NCBI GenBank assembly: GCA_964019335.1
Contig: OZ025718.1
Coordinates: 1-64,000 of the forward strand
Direction of reading: 5' to 3'
Origin: Diplonema japonicum
Lineage: Eukaryota; Protista; Euglenozoa: Diplonemea
DNA length: 64,000 nt
A program made the translations under genes and the position numbers. Of the stretch, positions 56,483 to 64,000 are shown one piece after another (position 1 is the stretch's first letter; each line of letters begins with the position of its first letter). The notes under the pieces are model-generated. The model was not told where the DNA came from, did not search any database, and saw only the letters and a program-made list of their open reading frames with translations.

Positions 56483-59400
56483 TCAAATGAATGAGAGTTT
56501 AGAGTTCAGGGTGGCCCTTCGTAGCCGTTTATAATTAGGCGCGCGGGGCGAACGAGGCGAAGGTGTGGTGTCGGCAAGCGCGTCGTAATCGGAGCTACCG
56601 ACCCTTTTGTAGGATTCGTTGAAAATGTTACCAGTAGTGCGTGTTCTTCTGGAATGTCGCAAAGGCGAGGAAAAGGGTGAAACAAGACTAGACGAGGGCA
56701 CACTGCCCAACAGCGACCGGGAACTACGCTGCACGTGGATAGCTTCGGGGAGATCGGCGCCTGACTCTTCTCCCAGCTTCACGTCAATGAGGTTTGCGGT
56801 GCCGTCGCTCTCAGAGGCCTCGTATTCGTTCATTACTATGTCTTCGACAGACTTCTCCTGATGGCCGTGTCTGACCGCCTTCCTTGTACCCTCTCTGCGA
56901 CCGATCTTCATGTCAGCAATGTAGAAGCACATGTCGTAGATCGCCTTGAAAAGCAACAGTACCGCCGTGATGAGCAGGAACAACCCCGACACATTCGTCA
57001 AGGATGAGATGAGCGATGCATTGCTCTCCTCGTCCAGTGCGATCGCAATGCTCATGAACAGCACCGCACACGTCATCATCAACGCCATTGCCGTGGCTAC
57101 TATGTTGTCTAAGATCGACATGTACGGCTTGAAGTACACAATCGCCAGTAAGAATATTGTTAAAAAGAATGTGATGAACGAGTTGCGCACGTGGCACGCA
57201 ACAGTCGAACGAGGCTTCCATGCGCTGAAAACGCTCAGGCTCAGTATGTTCGTCATTTCCATCAATATGAACCAATGCAAGCCTTCCTTGTACTGCTCAA
57301 AGACCACACCGTAGCTCTCCACAAAGTAGTCATCTGCGTCGTCAGAGGCTGTTACCCAGATCTTGTCCCCGAACGCGCTTTGGTACGCAGTTCGCTTCCA
57401 CCCCTGCAGTACCTCCACGTCTTGTTTCTTAACGAACGATGTGTTGTTCCCGCCCAACAGCTGCACGGTGCCTGTTTGTTGAACCAGTCTGGGATCATCG
57501 ACAGTGCACCCCTTGAAGGCGGATTTCCTAAGCACTACACAGTATAACACAACGGGTGCTGATAGACACATTGAGAAGTAGACCCACCCCACAAGAGCGC
57601 ACAGCATGTCTGCCCTCTTGAACTCAAAGGTCATGTTCGATGCAGACAAGCTGATCCCCTGGTACAGGAACATGAACGGGACGAAAGCTAGCCCTGGGTA
57701 TTTCACGTTCCCTGCCGCCCGCAGCACCTCGATCTTCATCACGTAGTGCAGAACGTACTTCGCACACCTTACGGCAAGCAACACAAAGAAGATGATAGCC
57801 GTGTCAAACAGCACTGCGCCTAGGAAGAACCTGTGCGGTGTTGTCCCCAGCCCCTCTTGCACGGGATGGAACTCCCAGTCCAGTGGCTCTGATTCTGTAA
57901 GATCGATGTCCTCGACGGCGCACTTCAGATTAGCAATGATGCGGATCTTGCCTGCGTTCGACGATGCAACGCCACCTTTCGTGACACCGCCCACCACGGC
58001 GGCCCCCGCACCCGGGATGACAACGGATTCAATTTTCTTTTCCATGTCAGGCGCTAGCTGCGTGATGTTCGATACAGGAGGCGCTGGTGTGGGAATATCG
58101 GTGGCTGCCAGTGTGGGGATAGCAGTTGGAGGTATTGTTGCAGGAGCGAGTGTGCCTGGTGCTGCTGTGGGAACTGCTGTGTCAGGGGCAAGTGTATTAG
58201 GCGGTGAAGTGGGAATTGCTGTGTTGGGTGCGGGGGTTGCAGGTGATGGCGTGGGCACTGCAGTGTTGGGAGCAGGCGAGTCAGGTGCAGAAGTGGGAAT
58301 CGCTGTTGCAGGTGCAGGTGTTGCAGGGGCAGACGTGGGAGCTGCTGTGGAAGGTGCGATTGTTGCTGGGGAATACGTTTTTGGTGCTGACGTGGGAATC
58401 GCTGTTCGAGGTGCTTGCGTTTCAGGAGCTGGCGTGTCTGGGGACGCTGTAGGAGCTGCCGTTGCAGGTGCTAGTGTTGCAGGAACTGGAGTGTCTGGTG
58501 CCGATGTAGGAACTGCCGTTGCGGGTGCTAGTGTTGCAGGAACTGGAGTGTCTGGTGCCGATGTGGGAACTGCCGTTGAGGGTACCAGTGTTGCAGGAGT
58601 AGGCGTATCAGGAACTGAAGTAGGAGCTGCCGTTGCGGGTGCTTGTGTTGCAGGAGCCACAGTATCGGGTGCAGAGGTTGGAACTGCTGTTGCGGGCGCT
58701 TGTGTTGCAGGAGCTGTTGTATCGGGTGCAACAGTAGGAACTGCTGTTGCGGGTGCTTGTGTTGCAGGAGCCACAGTATCGGGTGCAGAAGTAGGAACTG
58801 CAGTTGGAGGCGCTAGGCTGATAGGAGTAGAAGTGTCAGGGGCGGGCGTGTTAGGGGCAGGTGTGTTCGGAGTGGGAGTATCTGGTGCAGGTGTGGCAGG
58901 GGCGGGTGTGTCAGGGGCAGGCGTGTCAGGAGCGGGAGTATCTGGTGCAGGTGTATCAGGGGCGGGTGTGTCAGGAGCCGGGGTATCAGGTGCTGGTGTG
59001 GCAGGAGCAGTAGTATCAGGTGCAGGTGTATCAGGTGCTGGTGTGTCAGGAGCGGGTGTGTCTGGAGCGGGTGTGTCAGGTGCTGGGGTATCAGGTGCTG
59101 GTGTGTCAGGGGCGGGCGTGTCAGGAGCGGGGGTATCAGGTGCAGGTGTGTCAGGAGCGGGAGTATCAGGTGCTGGTGTGTCAGGAGCGGGTGTATCAGG
59201 TGCAGGTGTGTCAGGGGCGGGCGTGTCAGGAGCGGGAGTCTCAGGTGCTGGTGTGTCAGGAGCGGGTGTGTCAGGTGCTGGGGTATCAGGTGCTGGTGTG
59301 TCAGGGGCGGGCGTGTCAGGAGCGGGGGTATCAGGAGCTGGCGTGTCAGGTGCAGGTGTGTCAGGAGCGGGTGTGTCAGGAGCGGGGGTATCAGGTGCTG

Positions 59401-60241
59401 GTGTGTCAGGTGCAGGTGTATCAGGAGCTGGCGTGTCAGGAGCAAGCGTATCGCACGGCAAGGGGCCATTTTTACCTCCACAACTATCCTCACAACAGTG
59501 GTCTTGATTGTTACTGCAATCGTTTGGCCTGGCGCATAATGTCTTTCCGGATGGACACCTTGATCGCATTCCTTTAGAGTTGCAGCACTCGGAAGACCCA
59601 CTCCCGCCGATGTCGCACACAGTTCCGTCACCACACTGTGTCCACCATCCAGGGAAGTTAGATGTTTCAAACAGACACACAGGGCAGGTGATTGGATTGT
59701 CAGCCCAGTTCCCATTGTTACAGAAAGCCGAGACGCACTGCCTGTTTGAAAGGGATATTTTGCAGTGGCTTTTGTCACCGACACGACCGTAGGTCTGGCA
59801 GCCGAAGCCATTAACACTCGCACCTGCAGGGAGGTTGAGCTGGTCAAACTCGCATGCGGAGCTCGTCGTGGGGCTGGGAGCAACGTTGTTTTGCCCCTTC
59901 GTTGAAGGGCACGCATTGTAATCAGAGTAGCAGTACCCACCACCATTGATGACAACTGTGTTTACTGTCCACAGCCCACCATATACCACACATTGCTGCC
60001 CCGTGGCGCAGTTCACTGTGGTACCCGAGCAGCCACTGACGCAGTTTACCCAGCACGGAGAGTCACTGGGGCAGTTAATGACCGCGTTCTCACACTGGCC
60101 GTTGTTTTTGCAGACAAATAGACACCCTTGGTTTCCGGTTCCACACGTATAGCTGGCTGCCGAGCCATCTCCATCGATAGTAGTGTAGGCGGCGATGGCC
60201 ACCCATGAGTACAGAACAAGTAACAGCCAACGCGCGACCAT
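56483..60241 (-). CDS. Surface protein: Cys-rich ectodomain, DTPAP/TAP mucin-like stalk, ~7-TM C-terminal domain
   Basis: Signal peptide MVARWLLLV at 60241, Cys-rich region, repeats, hydrophobic segments. Confidence 0.9.
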   Translation of the reverse strand: MVARWLLLVLYSWVAIAAYTTIDGDGSAASYTCGTGNQGCLFVCKNNGQCENAVINCPSDSPCWVNCVSGCSGTTVNCATGQQCVVYGGLWTVNTVVINGGGYCYSDYNACPSTKGQNNVAPSPTTSSACEFDQLNLPAGASVNGFGCQTYGRVGDKSHCKISLSNRQCVSAFCNNGNWADNPITCPVCLFETSNFPGWWTQCGDGTVCDIGGSGSSECCNSKGMRSRCPSGKTLCARPNDCSNNQDHCCEDSCGGKNGPLPCDTLAPDTPAPDTPAPDTPAPDTPAPDTPAPDTPAPDTPAPDTPAPDTPAPDTPAPDTPAPDTPAPDTPAPETPAPDTPAPDTPAPDTPAPDTPAPDTPAPDTPAPDTPAPDTPAPDTPAPDTPAPDTPAPDTPAPDTPAPDTPAPDTTAPATPAPDTPAPDTPAPDTPAPDTPAPDTPAPDTPAPATPAPDTPTPNTPAPNTPAPDTSTPISLAPPTAVPTSAPDTVAPATQAPATAVPTVAPDTTAPATQAPATAVPTSAPDTVAPATQAPATAAPTSVPDTPTPATLVPSTAVPTSAPDTPVPATLAPATAVPTSAPDTPVPATLAPATAAPTASPDTPAPETQAPRTAIPTSAPKTYSPATIAPSTAAPTSAPATPAPATAIPTSAPDSPAPNTAVPTPSPATPAPNTAIPTSPPNTLAPDTAVPTAAPGTLAPATIPPTAIPTLAATDIPTPAPPVSNITQLAPDMEKKIESVVIPGAGAAVVGGVTKGGVASSNAGKIRIIANLKCAVEDIDLTESEPLDWEFHPVQEGLGTTPHRFFLGAVLFDTAIIFFVLLAVRCAKYVLHYVMKIEVLRAAGNVKYPGLAFVPFMFLYQGISLSASNMTFEFKRADMLCALVGWVYFSMCLSAPVVLYCVVLRKSAFKGCTVDDPRLVQQTGTVQLLGGNNTSFVKKQDVEVLQGWKRTAYQSAFGDKIWVTASDDADDYFVESYGVVFEQYKEGLHWFILMEMTNILSLSVFSAWKPRSTVACHVRNSFITFFLTIFLLAIVYFKPYMSILDNIVATAMALMMTCAVLFMSIAIALDEESNASLISSLTNVSGLFLLITAVLLLFKAIYDMCFYIADMKIGRREGTRKAVRHGHQEKSVEDIVMNEYEASESDGTANLIDVKLGEESGADLPEAIHVQRSSRSLLGSVPSSSLVSPFSSPLRHSRRTRTTGNIFNESYKRVGSSDYDALADTTPSPRSPRAPNYKRLRRATLNSKLSFI
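58833..59451 (-). repeat. Coding 15-bp tandem repeat (DTPAP, ~40 units), grading into a ~60-bp TAP repeat at ~58100-58800
   Basis: Consensus + strand unit GGNGYRTCAGGNGCN. Confidence 0.95.
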
Positions 60242-60362
60242 AGCACTGTTGGTGTGGTGTGGTGTTGAGGCATAAGAATAAAAGTATTCAAAGAAAGAAA
60301 GAAAAAGGGGGGGCCAAAAATAAGAAAAAAAGCACACTAACTTACACTTAAAGACCAACGAC

Positions 60363-63261
60363 TTAGCCCTTCTGCTTAATGGTGATCTTGTCACCCAGAC
60401 CCAAGGCAATACCCTGCGAGCGGGACCTAATGCGCACGTAACCTTCGATGTTGCCATTGACAGTTTTGCTGACGGAGATGTTGGCAACGACGGGCTCGCC
60501 GAAGGACGATTTGGCGAGGAGGTTGGCGCTGAGGAAGTCAGCCTCACCTGCGAGGGAGGTGGACATCGCCTGGCACCTCATGTTCGTGTGCTTCAGGATG
60601 TGGTCGAGGTACTCCCTTAGGGACTTGATCTCAGTCGCGACGATCAGCCTGTTCTCCCACTCGAAGTCCTGCCACATTGTCCTGAACACAGTGGCGTTGC
60701 ACGATGCGGGGTGCACATAGTCGATAATGTCCATGTGCAGGTCGTTGAGGACGATCACCGTCTGGTCGGAGCCCGCCTTGGTGCTATCGTACACGATGTT
60801 GCCGAAGATGACGCCCGCCTCCGTGGATGACACCTTCATGTTGGCTTTAATGGTAACCTCCTCACCGGGCGCCACGGTGTACGATTGCGGCCTCTCGCAC
60901 AGACGCAGGTCACCTACAGTACCCAGCTCCACAGTAAGGTTCTGCAAGGTGTCTTCTGTCTTATTGACCACCAGCATCTCGAGCAAGATGTCGAACTGGT
61001 GCACCTCGACAGTACCCTCGACGTAGACGGGGTCGGAGAACCCGGTGAGCTGCAGCACGTTCTTCATCTTCTGGTTCTGATCGTTGCTCAGAACCTCGTT
61101 CTTTGCAGCCACGGATACGTCTTCCAGATCGATGAGGGCACCCTTGTCGCCTCGCTTGGTTCTCACCAGCTGCGAGAAGTGGATGGGCTGGTCGATGGGC
61201 ACAAACTTCTTCTCCTCCTCCTTCTGTGTCTCTTCTTGCTTAGCGTCGTCCTCCTCTTGCAGCATGTCGCTGAACCCCTTCAGCATCATCTCCGTGTACT
61301 TCTTGGTCATGGGGTTCGTGGGCACTCCGATCAGCTTCTTGCACAGCCTCAACCTCTCGTGGGAGTCAGCGTCAATCTGCTTGTGGATGCCCAACTGGAT
61401 CAGCTCGTCGAGCATGGTGAGTGCGTCGTTCTTCACGTGCTCCTTTTCCTTCGTCGAGATGTTAAGGGCCCAGCAGCTGCAAACCAGCTTTACCAGAGTC
61501 GAAGCGAGCACAGCCGACAAGAAAAAGTCCCCTTCCGTGATGAGGCTCCTGAAGGAGGTAACCTCCGTCTTCTTTTCCTCCTTCTCGGGGACCACAGCCA
61601 TGACATAGGTACCGTCCTCCCTCACAGTGGCACCACCACCTGCCGTGCTGATGCCGGTCTCTTCTTCCTCCTCCTCGGTCTTCTCCTTCAGCCACAAGGG
61701 GAAGGGGTCCAGAGCAGCGCGCAGGGCAGACATGATGTTGCGGATCTCCTCGTAGGTCTTGCTGTGCGACCCGAGGATCCACAGAGCAATGCGGAAGACC
61801 CTCGTTGCGCTGATCGCGTTGAAGTGGATCGCAAGCTTTGTGATCACTTCTTCGCGCAGCTCGGCCTGCCTGTGCACCATCTCTCTGATGAACAGGATTG
61901 TGTCCACGGCGGGCTTGCTGTCCTCCACAATGAAGTCCATTAAAATGGGCACGATCATAGGGGCCACCTGCCTGTGCCTTACTGTCGACTGGTGGATAAA
62001 CTTGATCAGCAGCTGCCTGTAGTCGGTCTCGCCCTTGGCGACAGGCGTCGTGCTGTCCGTGCTCTCGATAAGCTCCTTTTTAAGGAACTGGATCACCTTC
62101 TCAATGTTCTTCGCGGTCACCAGGTCAAGAGTCAGCTCCAAGATCCTCCTCTGAATCTCAACTTCGCTGCCGACCAAGCACCTCAGAAGGTCCATCGACA
62201 ATTCTTGCAGAGTTTCGGGGAAGCTCTTCTTGATATCTTCGAGCTTGCCAAGCACTACCAGCTTAACATTGTTGTCGCAGTGGGCGTTCAGGAGGTTCAC
62301 CAGAGTGGTGGCAGACGCCTTGATGGCAGTAGGCGACGAGGACAGCGCCAAGAGGGTCGAAGCACATTGGAACAGAACGGCCTGTTGTGGTGGGTGGTGC
62401 ATTGATGGGATACCTGAGACTTGCTCTGCAGCAGCGTGAAGATAACGGTAATGTACTCCGACTTCTCGTGGGGGTTCGTTTGCATCAGCTGCTTGAGCAG
62501 CTCAACGATGGCGAGCTGGAAGACATCGTTCTGGCTCTGTGGGGGGTGTTGTTCACGAGTGTGTTGCATACCTGTCCCAGGTCAGTGTCCATGATGCTGC
62601 GGAGGTACGAGACGGCACGGTCAGGGGTGCACGTGAAAAGCATGAGGAAGGCGTTACGCTTGGCAGTAACGTCTGTCTCTTGTGCGAGGAGCTGCTCGAC
62701 GGTCTCGGGGGCGTCGGGAAGGGCCTCGGGGATCCTTTTGTAGATGTTGGTGATCGCAAGGATGGCATTGCGTCTCACGTAGCTGTGGCGGTGCACCAAG
62801 CAGTCGAGCACAGTGGGGGCAAGGGGCTCGAGAATTTCTTTTTCCTTGAGGTTGCAGAGGAACCTAAGGGTGGCACCTCGGATGAACTCGTTAGGGTGCG
62901 CTAAGTCACGACGAAGGAAGTCGACGAGGAGAATGAGCTCGGGGAGCAGCTTGCCCTGCGCGTCAACCTTTTCGACAACCTCCCAGAAGTACAGCACCAG
63001 CTTCTTCAGGGTGTGCACAGAGGCGTCATTCTTCTCGTTCGAGGAAGTGGTGGTCCCAGACGGCTGGATGAACTTGATCACGCTCATGATCAGCTTCGTC
63101 TGCGGCTCGCCGTTCAACGTCAGGGCGATCATGTCCTTCACCGCTTGGATCCTCTCCTTCGTGCCACCCTTCTCAATCGCCTCCTTCAGCTCCTTCGGGG
63201 TAGGAGCCTGCTTGTCCATCCCCACAAGGAGGTAGCATGGCGGTTCCGGCTGCTGTGCCAT
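60363..63261 (-). CDS. COPB1: Coatomer subunit beta, 3 exons
   Basis: DLAHPNEFIRGATLRFLC, QLTGFSDPVY.E and IRSRSQGIAL.LG. Introns 62537-62571 and 62382-62413. Confidence 0.97.
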
Positions 63262-63405
63262 TTTCTTTACCCGACCCTATGAAGCAATGATACCAAAAAA
63301 GAAAACCAAACGACAAGCCACTTAATGTTAACTACTAACACAACACCTTGTTAAGCCTTAACAGCAAGTTATGGTATTTAAGAGTTAAAAGAAAGAAATA
63401 TTTCG

Positions 63406-63651
63406 ATGTCTTTGTTCAGACGGAACAAGGCAGCAACAGAACCAGCCATCCTCGGACTCAGAAACGGAGTTGGAAGACACTCCCGCCGGAGCAAAATCAG
63501 GAAGGCGCAAGGGTCAGGAATGGACCTCTGCAAAGGTGTCGCTGAAGGCAGCACCCTACTCAACAGGGGGCCCGAAGGGTTCGAAAGGAACAACCTCTAC
63601 TGCGACATCACCAACAACGAGTACACCGGGCACCAACCTCAAGTGGAATGA
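63406..63651 (+). CDS. Small hypothetical protein (81 aa), divergent from COPB1
   Basis: ATG ORF in which all 20 F/N/Y/C/D/H/I codons end in C. Confidence 0.5.
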   Translation: MSLFRRNKAATEPAILGLRNGVGRHSRRSKIRKAQGSGMDLCKGVAEGSTLLNRGPEGFERNNLYCDITNNEYTGHQPQVE

Positions 63652-64000
63652 ACGCGGATTTCAAACTTATCTTTCAAAATGCGAAATAAAAAAATCATTG
63701 TGAATTACTCAAGATCCCGCTGCACACTTCTAGAAGGGCTTTAGTAGGTGCGGTGAAACAAGAAAAGTGAGAACGAAAAAAAAAAAATGCAAGCAAGAAG
63801 AGCTAGCAAAGAGAAAGAAGCCGATACGCGGGCATCTTGTCCAAAAGTTTGGTAGAGGCACGTTGCGGGGGGCGAAAAGGGAGGAGGGGGAAATCTTTAT
63901 CAGGTGTTCAGCTGGTGTGCAAAACCGATAGTGTGTAAAGTATAAGCGGTACGGTGTATCATCTACATTTTAGCAGTGATCTGTTTCAAAGGATGCTTGC

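Noticed and set aside
58833-59451. CRISPR-like array
   Set aside because: Spacer-less coding tandem repeat in a eukaryotic gene.
57792-59507. 571-aa + strand GAGVS-repeat ORF
   Set aside because: Antisense shadow of the DTPAP coding repeat.

Overview
Eukaryotic nuclear DNA, most likely a euglenozoan (diplonemid-like). This is inferred from the co-oriented gene cluster, AG acceptors just upstream of ATGs and a DTPAP-repeat multi-TM surface protein. About 33 protein genes lie almost all on the minus strand, often only 13-70 nt apart. They are interrupted by uniform 31-41 nt GT-AG mini-introns (20 resolved by hand). Recognisable genes: RRP1/Nop52, GET1-like, MOCS2A, three RPL29 copies, WDR78/IC138-like dynein intermediate chain, ARMH1, beta-COP, an S10 carboxypeptidase, an HSL-type hydrolase, a metallophosphoesterase and an amidohydrolase. 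Three terminal-inverted-repeat (TIR) elements are present: a piggyBac-type element with ATAT flanks whose transposase catalytic core is inverted in place; a 2-kb TIR element carrying a tRNA-like Pol III unit and probable LINE debris; and a 716-bp MITE. Unusual protein architectures: RRM fused to an amino-acid transporter, UBA plus DUF3626-like, S10 peptidase plus SHOCT (visible only after splicing), Not3-N plus CCCH fingers, a tandem-duplicated N-terminal module on an amidohydrolase, and bacterial-type cadherin-like repeats on a multi-TM protein. All family assignments come from motif recognition by eye; no database searches were run.
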